A DNA stretch of 64,000 bases, taken from assembly GCA_037200245.1 (NCBI GenBank), contig JBBCIM010000029.1:166342-230341 (forward strand), in the 5' to 3' direction. The notes beneath the pieces are model-generated. The model was given only the letters and a program-made list of their open reading frames with translations, was not told the origin of the DNA and searched no databases. This stretch comes from Pseudolabrys sp. (GTDB lineage Bacteria; Pseudomonadota; Alphaproteobacteria; Rhizobiales; Xanthobacteraceae). The stretch's first letter is position 1; each line of letters begins with the position of its first letter. Below are positions 12,956-25,447 of this stretch, in pieces. The position numbers and the translations under genes are program-made.

Positions 12956-14277
12956 TCCCCGCCCCGCTCCTGCTCGCGTTCCTTGCGGAGCTTCGCCCAA
13001 TAATCCAGCCTCTTCCTGATCTCGCGCTCGAAGCCGCGCTCCGGCGGGTCGTAGAACTGCTGGCGCGGCAGCGCCTCGGGAAAATAGTTCTGGCCGGAGA
13101 AGGCCTCGTCCTGGTCGTGGTCGTAGGCATAGCCGCGGCCGTAGCCTTCGGTTTTCATCAGCGTCGTCGGCGCATTGAGGATGTGCTTGGGTGGCAGCAA
13201 GGAGCCAGCCTGCTTGGCGACCTGCATGGCGGCGCCATAGGCCGAATAGGCCGCATTCGATTTCGGCGCGGTGGCAACATAGAGCACGGCCTGTGCGATG
13301 GCGAGTTCGCCTTCCGGACTGCCGAGAAAATCGAAGGCCTCCTTGGCAGCGTTGGCGATCACCAAAGCTTGCGGATCGGCGAGCCCGATGTCTTCGATGG
13401 CCATGCGTACCACCCGGCGCGCGATGTAGAGCGGCGGCTCTCCCGCATCCAGCATGCGGCAGAGATAATACAACGCGGCGTCGGGGTCCGAGCCGCGCAC
13501 CGACTTGTGCAGCGCGCTGATCAGGTTGTAATGGCCGTCCTGCGCCTTGTCGTAGATCGGCGCGCGGCGCTGTACGATGTCCTGCAGCTTGGCGGAATCG
13601 AAAAACTCGCCCGGCCGCGCGGCGCGCCAGATTTCCTCGGCCAGCGTCAGCGAGGCGCGGCCGTCGCCGTCGGCCATGCGCTCCAGCGCCATGCGGGCAT
13701 CCGAGTCGAGCGGCAGCGGCTTGCCTTCGATCGCCTCGGCACGGGCCAACAGCTTCTCGATCGCATCGTATCGAGCGACTTGAACACCAGCACGCGCGCG
13801 CGCGACAGCAGAGCGGCGTGAGTTCGAAAGACGGATTTTCCGTGGTGGCGCCGACCAAGACGATGGTGCCGTCCTCCATGACGGGCAGGAAACTGTCCTG
13901 CTGGGCGCGGTTGAAGCGGTGCACCTCGTCAACGAACAGCAGCGTGCCCTTGCCGCTTTCGCGCGTAGGCGCGCGGCGTCGAACACCTTCTTGAGGTCGG
14001 CGACGCCGGAAAACACCGCTGAAATCTGCTCGAAATGCAGGTCGGTTTCCTGCGCAAGGAGCCGCGCGACCGTGGTCTTGCCGGTGCCGGGCGGCCCCCA
14101 GAAAATGAGCGAGCCGAGCGAGCGCGTCGCCAGCATGCGCGTCAGCGCGCCGTCGGGCCCGAGCAGATGATCCTGGCCGACGACTTCATCGAGCTTTTGC
14201 GGACGCAGCTTGTCGGCAAGCGGCCGCGGCGCGTCTTTGTCCAAGCCCGCGGCGGCAAAGAGGTTGGGACCCGGCAT
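12952..14277 (-). CDS. rarA: Replication-associated recombination protein A (MgsA)
   Basis: [52 protein letters not shown]. Confidence 0.92.
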   Translation of the reverse strand: MPGPNLFAAAGLDKDAPRPLADKLRPQKLDEVVGQDHLLGPDGALTRMLATRSLGSLIFWGPPGTGKTTVARLLAQETDLHFEQISAVFSGVADLKKVFDAARLRAKAARARCCSLTRCTASTAPSRTVSCPSWRTAPSSWSAPPRKIRLSNSRRSAVARARAGVQVARYDAIEKLLARAEAIEGKPLPLDSDARMALERMADGDGRASLTLAEEIWRAARPGEFFDSAKLQDIVQRRAPIYDKAQDGHYNLISALHKSVRGSDPDAALYYLCRMLDAGEPPLYIARRVVRMAIEDIGLADPQALVIANAAKEAFDFLGSPEGELAIAQAVLYVATAPKSNAAYSAYGAAMQVAKQAGSLLPPKHILNAPTTLMKTEGYGRGYAYDHDQDEAFSGQNYFPEALPRQQFYDPPERGFEREIRKRLDYWAKLRKEREQERGGE

Positions 14278-14295
14278 TTTTGGGCCGCGGGCTCA

Positions 14296-15711
14296 TCAGT
14301 TGAAGACCGCGGAAATCTTCTGCCCGCCGCGCAAGATGCCGATGCGCCAGGAATTGCTCGGCGTCTTGCTGACGCGGTCGAGATCGCGCGTCTTGGCGAT
14401 GGCCTCGCCGTTGACCTCCTGGATGACGTCGCCGCGCTGAAAGCCGAGGTTGCTGGCGTAGGAGCCGTTGTCGACGTCGAGAATGACGACGCCCTCATCG
14501 ACGTTCTGCAACTGCAATTCGTCGGCCAGCGCAGGCGATAAGTTCGCGACCTTGGCACCGGAAAACGGCGAGCGCGAGCGGATGACGATCTCGTCGCGCG
14601 GCGTCTCGGGCGCGGTCTGCAAGGCCACCGCGACCGTGAGTTCGCGGCCGGCGCGCCAGATGCCGAGTTGCGCGGTGCCGCCGAGCGGCTTGGTGGCAAA
14701 GCGATAGTCGAAGGCATTGGTGTCGTCGACCGCCTGGCCGTCGACCGAGACGATGAGATCGCCGGGCTTGAGGCCGGCTTTGGCCGCCGGGCCGCTCGCC
14801 GCCACGCTTGCGATCAGCGCGCCGGCCGGACGCTTGAGGTTCATGCTGTCGGCGATATCCGGCGTCACGGCCTGCAGCTTGGCGCCGAGCCAGGGGCGCT
14901 TCACGGCGCTGCCGCCGGTCTTGGCCGAGGTCACCACCACCTGCACCATGTTGGCGGGAATGGCGAAGCCGACGCCGACCGAGCCGCCGAACGCGAGAAG
15001 ATCGCGGTGTTGATGCCGACCAGCCGGCCGTTGATGTCGACCAGGGCGCCGCCGGAATTGCCGGGATTGATGGCGGCATCGGTCTGGATGAAGAACTGAT
15101 AGTCGGAAATACCGACTTGCGTGCGCGCCAGCGCCGAGACGATGCCGTGGGTCACGGTCTGGCCGACGCCGAACGGATTGCCGATGGCGAGTACGATGTC
15201 GCCGACTTCCAGCGCGTCGGAATTGGCGAACTCGAGCGAGGGGAATTTCTCGCGCGCGCCTTTGAGACGCAAAATGGCCAAATCCGTGCGCTGATCCTTG
15301 AGCAACCAGCGTCGCCTCGAACTCGCGCTTGTCGGCGAGCGAGACTTTCACCTCGTCGGCGCCTTCGATGACGTGGTAGTTGGTGACGACCAGGCCCGAG
15401 CCGTCGACGATGACGCCGGAGCCGAGCGAGCGCTGCACCTGGCTGCCGCCGCCGCCATCGGGCACGCCGAAGAAGCGGCGGAAGATCGGGTCGTTGAGCA
15501 GCGGGGTTCGCCGCCTGCACCGTCTTGGCCGCATAGACATTGACCACGGCCGGCGCGACGCGCTGCACCACCGGCGCATAAGACAGCCGCAGCTCCGAGG
15601 TGGTTGGCACGCGCCGGTCTTGAGCGACGGCTTTCTGCACGGGCGCCACAGCCAAGCCGCCAAGCTCAAGGCGGCCATCAAAACAGCGGTCAAAACAGGC
15701 TTCAGGCGCAT
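14296..15711 (-). CDS. degQ: DegQ/HtrA (Do) serine protease with PDZ domains; frameshifted
   Basis: [34 protein letters not shown]. Confidence 0.88.
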   Translation of the reverse strand: MRLKPVLTAVLMAALSLAAWLWRPCRKPSLKTGACQPPRSCGCLMRRWCSASRRPWSMSMRPRRCRRRTPLLNDPIFRRFFGVPDGGGGSQVQRSLGSGVIVDGSGLVVTNYHVIEGADEVKVSLADKREFEATLVAQGSAHGFGHFASQRRAREIPLARVRQFRRAGSRRHRTRHRQSVRRRPDRDPRHRLGAGAHASRYFRLSVLHPDRCRHQSRQFRRRPGRHQRPAGRHQHRDLLAFGGSVGVGFAIPANMVQVVVTSAKTGGSAVKRPWLGAKLQAVTPDIADSMNLKRPAGALIASVAASGPAAKAGLKPGDLIVSVDGQAVDDTNAFDYRFATKPLGGTAQLGIWRAGRELTVAVALQTAPETPRDEIVIRSRSPFSGAKVANLSPALADELQLQNVDEGVVILDVDNGSYASNLGFQRGDVIQEVNGEAIAKTRDLDRVSKTPSNSWRIGILRGGQKISAVFN

Positions 15712-15736
15712 GGTTTCCGGTCCCGGCTTCTCATCT

Positions 15737-15822
15737 TGTCATGGCCGGGCTAGTCCCGGCCATCCACGCCCTGCAACACACAAAGAAAGACGTGGATGCC
15801 CGGCACAAGGCCGGGCATGACG
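15737..15822. repeat. REP doublet GTCATGGCCGGGC...CCCGGCCATCCAC / GTGGATGCCCGG...CCGGGCATGAC
   Basis: Two inverted palindromic units; same family as 572-606. Confidence 0.75.
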
Positions 15823-15931
15823 ACGTGGGAACGCCAAGATATAGGCTTGGCACAGGGCTAATTGAAGGCCAGACCGGGTTGCCAGCCTGCCTTACCCGGG
15901 ACAATTGTGCTGGCTGACGCAGGAGAAACCC

Positions 15932-16948
15932 ATGAAAGCTGTCGGCTACCAGAAATCCCTCCCGGTCTCCGATCCCGAGGCCCTTCTCGACTTTACGGCC
16001 GGCCGCCCAACGGCAGCCGGCCGCGATCTGCTGGTCAAAGTCATGGCAGTGTCGGTCAACCCGGTCGATACCAAGGTCCGCATGCGCGCGGCGCCCGCCG
16101 CCGGCGAGCCGCCCAAGGTGCTGGGCTATGACGCCGCCGGGATCGTCGAGGCAGCCGGCCCCGAAACGACTTTGTTCAAACCCGGCGACGAGGTGTTTTA
16201 CGCCGGCTCGATCATCCGCGCCGGCACGAACGCCGAATTCCACCTGGTCGACGAGCGTATTGCGGGGTTAAAGCCCAAGTCGCTGTCCTTTGCCCAGGCC
16301 GCGGCTCTGCCGCTGACCAGTATCACCGCCTGGGAGATCTTGCTTGACCGATTGGCTGTCACGACAGGCCAAACGCCGGATCCTCGCGCCCTGCTCGTGA
16401 TTGGCGGTGCCGGCGGTGTCGGTTCCATCCTGATCCAGCTGGCGCGACGGCTAACAGGCCTGACGGTTATCGCCACGGCGTCGCGTCCGGAAAGCCGCGC
16501 CTGGTGCCTCGAGCGCGGCGCCCATCACGTCATCGACCACGGCAAGCCGATGCCCGAGCAACTCAAGGCCATCGGCCACGCCGATGTGGCGCTCGTGGCG
16601 AGCCTGGCCGGCACCGAACGACATTTCCCTGCCATGCCCGACATCATCGCGCCGCAGGGCAAAATGGCGCTGATCGACGATCCCAAAACGCTCGACGTCA
16701 ATCCGCTCAAGCGAAAATCGATATCGGTGCACTGGGAATCGATGTTCACACGCTCGATGTTCGCCACGCCTGACATGATCGCGCAGCATCAACTGCTCGA
16801 CCGCGTTTCGGCCATGATCGACGAAGGCATTATCGTCACGACGCTCGCGCAGGAACTGACGCCGATCAACGCTGCCAACTTGCGCAAGGCGCACGGCATG
16901 GTCGAGAGCGGCACCTCGATCGGCAAGATCGTATTGAGCGGCTGGTGA
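15932..16948 (+). CDS. Zinc-binding alcohol dehydrogenase family (quinone oxidoreductase-like) protein
   Basis: SVNPVDTKVR, LGYDAAG, AAALPLTSITAWE, GGAGGVGS, HWESMFTR. Confidence 0.9.
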   Translation: MKAVGYQKSLPVSDPEALLDFTAGRPTAAGRDLLVKVMAVSVNPVDTKVRMRAAPAAGEPPKVLGYDAAGIVEAAGPETTLFKPGDEVFYAGSIIRAGTNAEFHLVDERIAGLKPKSLSFAQAAALPLTSITAWEILLDRLAVTTGQTPDPRALLVIGGAGGVGSILIQLARRLTGLTVIATASRPESRAWCLERGAHHVIDHGKPMPEQLKAIGHADVALVASLAGTERHFPAMPDIIAPQGKMALIDDPKTLDVNPLKRKSISVHWESMFTRSMFATPDMIAQHQLLDRVSAMIDEGIIVTTLAQELTPINAANLRKAHGMVESGTSIGKIVLSGW

Positions 16949-16949
16949 A

Positions 16950-17796
16950 CTACTCCTTCGCCGGGACGGTACGCAGATAGGCCACGACCGCATCAAGATC
17001 CTCGCCGGTCATATGGGCATAATAATCGAAGCCCATCGCGGCTTGAGCGGGCTGCCGTCCTTGCTCTTGCCGGCCGTAATGGCGGTCTTGATCTGGGCGT
17101 CGGTCCATTCGCCCAAGCCCTTGGTCTTGCTCTGGGTGATGTTGCGCGAGGTCGAGACGCCCCACGGCCCGGGGAAATCGAAACCGCCGGTGCCGAGCTT
17201 GTCGGCAAATTGACGGCCGCGCGGACCCATCGGCGTATGGCATTCCATGCAGTGGCCGATGGTGGCGAGGTAGAAGCCCTTCTTCAATTTGTCGCTCAGC
17301 ATGGCTTCCGTGTACGGCTTCTCGGCGCCGGGGAAAGCATGATGCACCTGCGGCATCTTGTAGATCGGAGCCGGCACGGTGCTCTGGACCGGCTTGATCG
17401 TGCGCAGATAGGCGACGATAGCGTCCATGTCGCGCTCGGTGATGATCTCGTAGAAGTCGGTCGGCATCACCATGGCGATCTGCACGCCGTTCGGCCGCAC
17501 GCCGGTGCGCAACACCTTCTTGATATCGGCATCGCTCCAGGCGCCAATGCCGGTCTCCTTGTCCTGCGTGATGTTGGACGCGGTCACCTTGAACGGCGGC
17601 TCATCCAGGACAGCCCGCCGGAGAAATCCTTGCCGGCGACGGCGGCCGGCGGTCCCTTCGGCGTGTGGCAGTTGCCGCAGGTCATGATGGTGTTGACCAG
17701 ATAGTCGCCGCGCTTGACCAAATCGGCCTGCGCGTTCGCCGTGGCGGATAGGCTTGCGGCCAGACCTGCGCCCAAGACCAGCGCGAGAAATCCCAT
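16950..17796 (-). CDS. Periplasmic diheme c-type cytochrome (frameshifted)
   Basis: Signal peptide; CGNCH and CMECH heme motifs; NIT...GIGAWSD repeat. Confidence 0.85.
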
Positions 17797-17950
17797 ACGA
17801 TCATGTTGTGTTCCCCTGACGTCGTTGGCGATTATTGACTATCGCTCGGTGCCACCATCATACCCGTGGCCTCGGTTGGGGAGCTATCGGGGGCCGGGGT
17901 TGTCCGCGACTTTTCGTCAATCGAACGCTACCTGCCACCCACACAAACGA

Positions 17951-17975
17951 AAAGGGCGGCGCTGAGCGCCGCCCT
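17951..17975 (-). terminator. Terminator after rplQ
   Basis: AGGGCGGCGC-TGA-GCGCCGCCCT hairpin with a T-run on the minus strand. Confidence 0.7.
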
Positions 17976-18002
17976 CGTCAGAATTCTTGAAAGCCGCGCG
18001 AT

Positions 18003-18436
18003 TTAAGCCGCGGCGGTCTCGTTCTCGTCGACCTTCTTGGCCTGCACCGGAACCGGAATCGAGGCCCTTGGCATCGACGTCGCGATCGACGAACTCGATC
18101 ACCGCCACCGGAGCATTGTCGCCCTTGCGGAATCCGGCCTTGAGCACGCGGGTGTAACCGCCGTCGCGATCTTTGTAACGGGGTGCGATCACATCGAACA
18201 ACTTCTTGACCATTTTGGCGTCGCGCAATTCCGAGATCGCCTGACGGCGGGCAGCGAGATCGCCCTTCTTGCCGACAGTCACGAGCTTCTCGACGATCGG
18301 GCGAAGCTCTTTCGCCTTCGGGAGAGTCGTAACGATCTGCTCGTGCTTGATCAGCGAAGCGGCCATGTTCGCAAACATAGCCATACGATGCGACGAATGC
18401 CGCCCCAACTTACGGTAAACCTTTTCCGTGACGCAT
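18003..18436 (-). CDS. rplQ: 50S ribosomal protein L17 (frameshifts)
   Basis: [45 protein letters not shown]. Confidence 0.95.
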
Positions 18437-18511
18437 CGCGAAACTCCTGCCTCTATCCTGTATATGCCCGGAACCATCCCAGGCACGCCGCGGAAGGCGG
18501 CTTAGTAATGC

Positions 18512-19529
18512 CTAGTAATGATCCTCGAAGCGCTTCGCCAGCTCTTCGATGTTTTCCGGCGGCCAGCCCGGCACTTCCATGCCGAGATGCAGGCCCATTT
18601 GCGCCAGGACTTCCTTGATCTCGTTGAGCGACTTGCGGCCGAAGTTCGGCGTGCGCAGCATTTCGGCTTCGGTCTTCTGCACGAGATCGCCGATGTAGAC
18701 GATATTGTCGTTCTTGAGACAGTTGGCCGAACGCACCGACAGCTCGAGTTCGTCGACCTTCTTGAGGAACGCCGGGTTGAAGGCGAGGTCCGGGATGGTC
18801 TCCTGGGCCTGCTCCTTGCGGGGCTCTTCGAAGTTCACGAAGACGTTGAGCTGGTCTTGCAGGATGCGCGCCGCGTAAGCAAGCGAGTCATCCGGCGTCA
18901 CCGCGCCGTTGGTCTCGATGGTCATGGTCAGCTTGTCGTAGTCGAGGATCTGCCCTTCGCGGGTGTTCTCGACCTTGTAGGAGACCTTGCGCACCGGCGA
19001 ATACAGGCTGTCGACCGGGATCAGGCCGATCGGCGCGTCTTCCGGACGGTTGCGCTCGGCCGGCACATAGCCCTTGCCGGTGTTGACGGTGAATTCCATG
19101 CGGATCTCGGCGCCCTCGTCGAGGGTGCACAGCACGAGGTCCGGATTGAGCACCACCCACGTCGCCGACGGTCTGGATGTCGCCGGCGGTCACGGTGCCG
19201 GGGCCTTGCTTCTTCACCACCATGCGCTTGGGGCCTTCGCCCTGCATCTTGATGGCGATGTCCTTGATGTTGAGGACCATGTCGGTGACGTCCTCGCGGA
19301 CGCCGGCGATCGAGGAGAACTCGTGCAACACGCCGTCGATGTGCACCGACTGCACCGCCGCGCCTTGCAGCGACGACAGCAAAATGCGGCGCAGCGCGTT
19401 GCCGAGCGTCACGCCGAAGCCGCGCTCAAGCGGCTCGGCAACCACCGTGGCGTGCCGCGCGGGATCGGTCCCGGCGGTTACCTGGAGCTTGTTCGGCCTG
19501 ATCAATTCCTGCCAATTCTTTTGGATCAC
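18512..19529 (-). CDS. rpoA: RNA polymerase alpha subunit (frameshift near 19157)
   Basis: [46 protein letters not shown]. Confidence 0.97.
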
Positions 19530-19637
19530 GTCTTCACCTATTGAGCGGCGCGGGGTTTGCTCGCGCACCCCACCCCGCCGTTGTGGGGGAAAGTTCAGCG
19601 GTAGCGGACTCAAAAGCCGGTCCGCTTGATGGAAAAT

Positions 19638-20028
19638 TCATACGCGACGACGCTTGCGTGGACGGCAACCATTATGCGGGATCGTCGTCACGTCGCGAAT
19701 CGACGTGATGGTGAAACCGGTCGCTTGCAATGCGCGCAGCGCCGACTCGCGGCCGGAGCCAGGACCCGACACCCTCGACTTCAAGCGTGCGCATGCCGTG
19801 TTCCTGCGCCTTCTTGGCGGCGTCTTCGGCGGCAACCTGCGCGGCATAGGGCGTCGACTTGCGCGAGCCCTTGAAGCCCATGGTGCCCGACGACGACCAG
19901 GCAATGGTGTTGCCCTGCGCGTCGGTGATGGTGATCATCGTGTTGTTGAACGACGCGTTGACGTGGGCCACGCCCGACGCGATGTTCTTGCGTTCGCGGC
20001 GGCGAACGCGGGTGGCTTCCTTACCCAT
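19638..20028 (-). CDS. rpsK: 30S ribosomal protein S11
   Basis: [36 protein letters not shown]. Confidence 0.95.
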
Positions 20029-20082
20029 CTCTTAGTCCTTTCGCGGCCCGCGAGCCTTATGAGGCGCGGGCGATTTCGGTTA

Positions 20083-20462
20083 TCAGGTCGCCGTCTTCTT
20101 CTTGCCGGCAATGGTCTTGGCCGGGCCTTTGCGGGTCCGCGCATTGGTGTGGGTGCGCTGGCCGCGGACCGGCAGGCCCTTGCGGTGACGCAGGCCCCGG
20201 TAGCAGCCGAGATCCATCAGGCGCTTGATGTTCAGTGAGACTTCGCGGCGCAGATCGCCTTCGACCATGAAGTCGCGGTCGATCAGTTCGCGGATCTGCA
20301 ACACCTCGGCGTCGGTAAGCTGCGACACCCCGCCGGTCCATCGGGCAGGTTAACCTTTTCCATGATTTCCTTGGCGATCTTCTGACCGATGCCATGGATA
20401 TACTGAAGCGCGATCACGACGCGCTTGTTGGTGGGCAGATTCACGCCCGCGATACGAGCCAC
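20083..20462 (-). CDS. rpsM: 30S ribosomal protein S13
   Basis: GTG start ARIAGVNLP; [27 protein letters not shown]. Confidence 0.95.
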
Positions 20463-20604
20463 GAATAAACTCTCCTGTTATTGCCGGCCGCGTATGCCGC
20501 GCCGAATCTTGCAGTCCCTGGAAGGGGTTAGCCCAAAGCGTAACACGACACCTGTCCCCGCCGTTTCGGGGCCCGGCATCGCGCCAAACTTCTGAATAGG
20601 CAGT

Positions 20605-20634
20605 GTATTAAGGGATTCATCTTGCCTTCGTCAA
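20605..20634 (-). promoter_or_regulatory. Probable sigma70 promoter of rpsM-rpsK-rpoA-rplQ (TTGACG-N18-TAATAC) overlapping the adk 3' end
   Basis: Near-consensus -35 box within the last adk codons (RLTK). Confidence 0.55.
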
Positions 20635-21475
20635 CCTCCGCCTGGTGTGGGATTTGCCCTGTCCAGACTTGTTTTTGGCGCGTCCGGCCTTTCGGCCGGA
20701 TTTGCGGGATTTGGAACTTTTCGGCGTCCTGCGCGAGGCGGCCTTCTTGGCGGACGCCTTCTTGGCAGAAGCTTTGCGGGCCGGCTTGGCGACAGCCTTT
20801 TTGGCCTTCACCTTCGGCTTGACCTTCGATTTTGGCTTAGATTTGGCTTTAGGGACCTTGGTGGCAACCACCGGCTTGGCCTTGGGCGCTTCAGCGGGGC
20901 CGAGAAGCCCGTCCAGGGCCGCCGTGACCTCATCGATCGGCGCCATGCCGTCCACGGTCTTGAGCATGCCCTTGCCGGCGTAATAGTCGGCGAGCGGCGC
21001 GGTCTGGGTGCGGTAGGCGGCAAGCCGGCCCTTGAGCACGTCGGGATTGTCGTCCGAGCGCACCTTCTCGCCCCGCGCCGTCATTTCGGCGACTCGGGTG
21101 GCGATACGGTCGAGCAGAATGCCCTCGTCGACCTTGAGCTCGACCACGGCGTCGAGCTTCATCCCGCGTTCGGCGAGCAAGTGGTCGAGCGCCTCGGCCT
21201 GCGGCACGGTGCGCGGGAAGCCGTCGAGCACGAAACCGCGCGCGGCGTCCGCTTGGCTGATGCGGTCGGCGATGATCGCCACGACCACCTCATCCGGCAC
21301 CAGTTGGCCTGCTTCCATGATGCTTTTGGCGCGCAAACCGACCGGCGTGCCCGCCGCCACAGCGGCGCGCAACATGTCTCCGGTCGAAAGCTGGACAATG
21401 CCGTATTTGGAAACCAGGCGTTGCGCTTGCGTGCCCTTCCCCGCCCCCCGGCGGGCCGAGCAGTATCAGTCTCAT
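20617..21475 (-). CDS. adk: Adenylate kinase with a Lys/Ala-rich C-terminal tail
   Basis: [31 protein letters not shown]; located between secY and rpsM. Confidence 0.93.
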
Positions 21476-22813
21476 CGATTGCGCCCCCCGCAATTTCGAC
21501 CGTTTGATCAAACCTTCATATTGATGCGCCAGCAGATAGCCCTGGATCTGCGCCACCGTATCCATGGTGACGCTGACCACGATCAGCAGCGACGTGCCGC
21601 CGAAGTAGAACGGCACCGCGGCGTAGGAGATCAGGACTTCCGGGATCAGACAGACGATGGCGAGATAGATCGCGCCGACGACGGTGATGCGCGAGAGCAC
21701 ATAGTCGATGTACTCGGCCGTGCGCTCCCCCCGGACGGATGCCCGGCACGAAGCCGCCGTGCTTTTTCAGATTGTCCGCGGTCTCGGTCGGGTTGAACAC
21801 GACCGCCGTATAGAAGAAGGCGAAGAATACAATCAGCGCCAGATAGAGAATCAGAAACAGCGGCCGGCCGTGACCGAGCAGCGTGGTCATCGTGGTCAGC
21901 CCAGCCAGGACCGCTGCCGGCGTTGAAGTTGGCGACCGTGGTCGGCAACAGCAGCAGTGACGAGGCAAAGATCGGCGGAATGACGCCCGAGGTGTTGAGC
22001 TTGAGCGGCAGATGCGAGGACTGGCCCTCGAACATGCGGTTGCCGACCTGGCGCTTGGGATACTGGATCAGCAGGCGGCGTTGCGCGCGCTCCATAAACA
22101 CGATGAAGGCGATCACGGCCACGCACATCACGATGACCAGCAGAATGAGACCGGTCGATAAGGCGCCCTGGCGGCCGAGTTCGAGGGTGCCGGCGATCGC
22201 GGCCGGCAGTTGCGCGACGATGCCGGACAAAATGATCAGCGAGATGCCGTTGCCGATACCGCGCGAGGTGATCTGCTCGCCGAGCCACATCAGGAACATG
22301 GTGCCGCGCCGGTCAAAGTGATCGTGGTCGACATCAGGAAGAAGAAGCCGGGAGCGGACACGACGTTGCCGGTGCCCTCGAGGCCGATGGCGATGCCCGT
22401 AAGATTGGAACGCCGCGAGCACCCACGGTGAGATACCGCGTGTACTGGTTCATGATCTTGCGGCCGGATTTCGCCTTCCTTCTTGAGCGCCTCAAGCTGG
22501 GGCGAGACCGTCGTCATCAACTGAATGATGATCGAGGCCGAGATGTACGGCATGATGTTGAGCGCGAAGATCGCCATGCGGTGGATGCCGCCCCCCGGAG
22601 AACATGTTGAACATGCCGAGGATGCCGCCGGACTGGGTATTGAAGATCTGCTCCCAGGCGGCCGGATCGATGCCGGGCAGCGGGATATAAGTGGCCGAGC
22701 CGGTAGACCAGCAGCGCGCCGACCGTAAACCAGATTCGTTTCTTGAGTTCTTCGGCTTTCGCCAGCGCGCCGAAGTTGAGATTGGCTGCGAGTTGTTCTG
22801 CTGCCGAAACCAT
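21472..22813 (-). CDS. secY: Preprotein translocase SecY (multiple frameshifts)
   Basis: [52 protein letters not shown]. Confidence 0.95.
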
Positions 22814-22959
22814 CAATCGCTCCTGCCCGCGCCCCGTCTTGTGGCCGGCCCCCGGTCTATGGGGGCCGCTATCAGCAAGCTTAAATAGGCACCGCATCCC
22901 AAACTTGTAACCGGCAACCGGTGGATCGCCCGCCTGAGCGGGCGATGACGTAGCTGCAA

Positions 22960-23529
22960 CTATTCAGCCTTGGCTTCGGCGTCCGCAGCCTTGCCCTTAG
23001 GCTTCTTGTCGCCGGCGAGCGCCATGCGCTTGTTCTTGCCGCGCGGCTCGGCGTCGGCTTCCTTCGCCACCGCCAGGATCTTCACGGTGCCGCCGGCCTT
23101 TTCGACCGCCGCGACCGCGGACTTCGAGGCGCCGTGCACGGCGAAATCGACCTTGCTCTTGAGCTCGCCCCCGCCGAGCAGCTTGACGCCGCCCTTGGCG
23201 CGCCGCATCAGGCCGCCCTTGACTAAGGCAGCCGCATCGACCGGGTTCTTGATGTCGATCAGGCCGGCGTCGATCGCCGCCTGGACCTTGCCGAGATTGG
23301 TTTCGTTGAGCTTGACCGCGAACGAAGTGTTGCGGAAGCCGCGCTTGGGCAGACGGCGATGCAGCGGCATCTGGCCGCCTTCGAAGCCCTTGATGCGCAC
23401 GCCCGAACGCGCGGTCTGGCCCTTGCCGCCACGGCCGCCGGTCTTGCCCATGCCGGAGCCGATGCCACGGCCGATGCGCATGCGATTCTTGCGCGATCCC
23501 GGATTGTCGGCGATCTGGTTGAGTTTCAT
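22960..23529 (-). CDS. rplO: 50S ribosomal protein L15 with C-terminal extension
   Basis: [27 protein letters not shown]. Confidence 0.96.
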   Translation of the reverse strand: MKLNQIADNPGSRKNRMRIGRGIGSGMGKTGGRGGKGQTARSGVRIKGFEGGQMPLHRRLPKRGFRNTSFAVKLNETNLGKVQAAIDAGLIDIKNPVDAAALVKGGLMRRAKGGVKLLGGGELKSKVDFAVHGASKSAVAAVEKAGGTVKILAVAKEADAEPRGKNKRMALAGDKKPKGKAADAEAKAE

Positions 23530-23549
23530 TGGATCAGTCCCTGTATCTC

Positions 23550-23747
23550 TTACTTCGTCTCTTCGACCACGCGCACCAGATGACGAACCTTGTGGATCAT
23601 GCCGTGGATCGACGGCGTGTCCGGCAGATCCTTGGTGCGGCCGATCTTGTTGAGGCCAAGCCCGATCAGCGTCTCACGCTGATCGTGATGCCGCCGTGCG
23701 GCGCTCGCTATCTGCTCGAGCTTGATCGTCTTTTTTGCGGTTGCCAT
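23550..23747 (-). CDS. rpmD: 50S ribosomal protein L30
   Basis: [10 protein letters not shown]...[16 protein letters not shown]. Confidence 0.95.
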   Translation of the reverse strand: MATAKKTIKLEQIASAARRHHDQRETLIGLGLNKIGRTKDLPDTPSIHGMIHKVRHLVRVVEETK

Positions 23748-23764
23748 CGTTCAGTTTCCTATTT

Positions 23765-23814
23765 GCGCACGATCTCAATCCGAAAACCGGTTCCCACTTT
23801 TCGGGATCGCGCGC
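23765..23814. repeat. Short rhizobial-type palindromic element (CCGAAAACCGGTTCCCACTTTTCGG)
   Basis: Imperfect inverted repeat between rpsE and rpmD. Confidence 0.55.
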
Positions 23815-23820
23815 TATTCC

Positions 23821-24404
23821 TTAATCGACCGCGACTTCGTCGGCGCCTTCGCGGCGGCGCGACTGCAGCGTGGAAACCTTCAGGCTGCGGCGCGACGCGA
23901 CCGAACGCGGCGAATCCTGATGCTTGAGCGCGTCGAAGGGTCGCGCGCACAACGTTGTACGGGGTTCGACGAACCGAGCGACTTGGCGACGACGTCCTGG
24001 ATGCCCAGCGTCTCGAACACGGCGCGCATCGGGCCGCCGGCGATGATGCCGGTGCCGGGAGGCGCCGCGCGCAGGAACACCTTGCCGGCGCCATGACGGC
24101 CGAGCACGTCGTGATGCAACGTGCGGCCTTCGCGCAGCGGCACGCGGGTCAGCGCGCGCTTGGCGGCGTCGGTCGCCTTGCGGATGGCTTCCGGCACTTC
24201 GCGCGCCTTGCCGTGGCCGTAACCGGCGCGGCCTTTCTGATCGCCGACGATCACCAGCGCGGCAAACGCGAAACGGCGTCCGCCTTTCACCACCTTGGCC
24301 ACACGATTGATGTGGACCAGCTTGTCGGTGAACTCGCTGTCGCGCTCTTCACGGCCGCCACGTTCGCGGTCGCGCCGGGGCTCTCGTCGTGGTTCACTTG
24401 CCAT
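23821..24404 (-). CDS. rpsE: 30S ribosomal protein S5
   Basis: [35 protein letters not shown]. Confidence 0.96.
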
Positions 24405-24442
24405 ATCTGTTCAACCCGTTCGATCTAGTAGTCGTTTAACTC

Positions 24443-24811
24443 TTAGAAATTCAGTCCGCCTTCGCGCGCGGCATCGGCCAGCGCCTTGATGCGTCCGTGA
24501 TAAAGATAGCTGCCACGGTCGAACACCACGTCCTTGATGCCCTTTTCCTTGCCGCGCTCGGCGATCAACTTACCGACCGCCTTGGCCGCCGCGATATTGG
24601 CGCCGGTCTTGGCGTTCTCGCGCATGGTCTTTTCCAGCGACGAGGCCGAAGCCACCGTGACGCCCTTGGCGTCGTCGATGAGCTGGGCATGGATATGCTT
24701 CGACGAACGGAACACGGAAAGCCGCGTGCGCCCGCTGGTGCCGGCCGCAAGCTTTACCCTGCGCCGCACTGTTGCCGTCCGCCGCGCGGTCCGGTCTCTT
24801 AATCTCGACAT
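24443..24811 (-). CDS. rplR: 50S ribosomal protein L18
   Basis: [39 protein letters not shown]. Confidence 0.96.
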   Translation of the reverse strand: MSRLRDRTARRTATVRRRVKLAAGTSGRTRLSVFRSSKHIHAQLIDDAKGVTVASASSLEKTMRENAKTGANIAAAKAVGKLIAERGKEKGIKDVVFDRGSYLYHGRIKALADAAREGGLNF

Positions 24812-24825
24812 GGCTCTTAAGCCCT

Positions 24826-25359
24826 CTACTTCTTCTTGCCTTCCTTGCGGAAGATGTACTCGCCGGCATATTTCACGCCCTTGCCTTTGTACGGCTCAGG
24901 CGGGCGATAGCCGCGGATTTCGGCGGCGACTTGCCCGACTTTCTGCTTGTCGACGCCGGTGATGACGATTTCGGTCGGCTTCGGCGTCGCGATCGCGATG
25001 CCTTCGGGAATCGGGAAATTCACGTCGTGGCTGAAGCCAAGCTGCAGATTCAGGGACTTGCCCTGCACCGCGGCGCGATAGCCGACGCCCGTGATTTCCA
25101 GCTTCTCTTCGAAGCCTTTGGTGACGCCGTTGATCAGGTTGGACACGAGCGTGCGCGAGGTGCCCCACAGCGAACGGGCGCGCTTGCCCTCGCCGCGCGG
25201 CTCGACCTTGAGCGAGCCCTTGTCCATCGAGACCAGAACGTCGTCATGCAGCACAAGCTGAAGTGCGCCCTTCGGGCCCTTCACCTTGACGGTCTGGCCA
25301 TCCACGTTGGCTGTGACGCCGGTGGGGACCGCAACCGCTTTGTTTCCGATGCGCGACAT
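24826..25359 (-). CDS. rplF: 50S ribosomal protein L6
   Basis: [26 protein letters not shown]. Confidence 0.97.
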   Translation of the reverse strand: MSRIGNKAVAVPTGVTANVDGQTVKVKGPKGALQLVLHDDVLVSMDKGSLKVEPRGEGKRARSLWGTSRTLVSNLINGVTKGFEEKLEITGVGYRAAVQGKSLNLQLGFSHDVNFPIPEGIAIATPKPTEIVITGVDKQKVGQVAAEIRGYRPPEPYKGKGVKYAGEYIFRKEGKKK

Positions 25360-25446
25360 TAAAACACCGTGCAGATGATTTCGCCGCCGACATTGGCTTC
25401 GCGAGCGTCGTGGTCGGCCATCACACCCTTCGGGGTCGAGACGATG
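25359..25446 (-). pseudogene. rpsH: 3' fragment of 30S ribosomal protein S8, truncated at a junction (probably artefactual)
   Basis: Reads [28 protein letters not shown]; the upstream part is missing. Confidence 0.9.
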
Positions 25447-25447
25447 G

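Noticed and set aside
19529-20617. No rpsD or rpmJ in the alpha operon region
   Set aside because: Normal for Alphaproteobacteria.
18003-25359. Pseudogenisation or programmed frameshifting of ribosomal, rpoA and secY genes
   Set aside because: Indels are scattered window-wide in essential genes; sequencing error is far more parsimonious.
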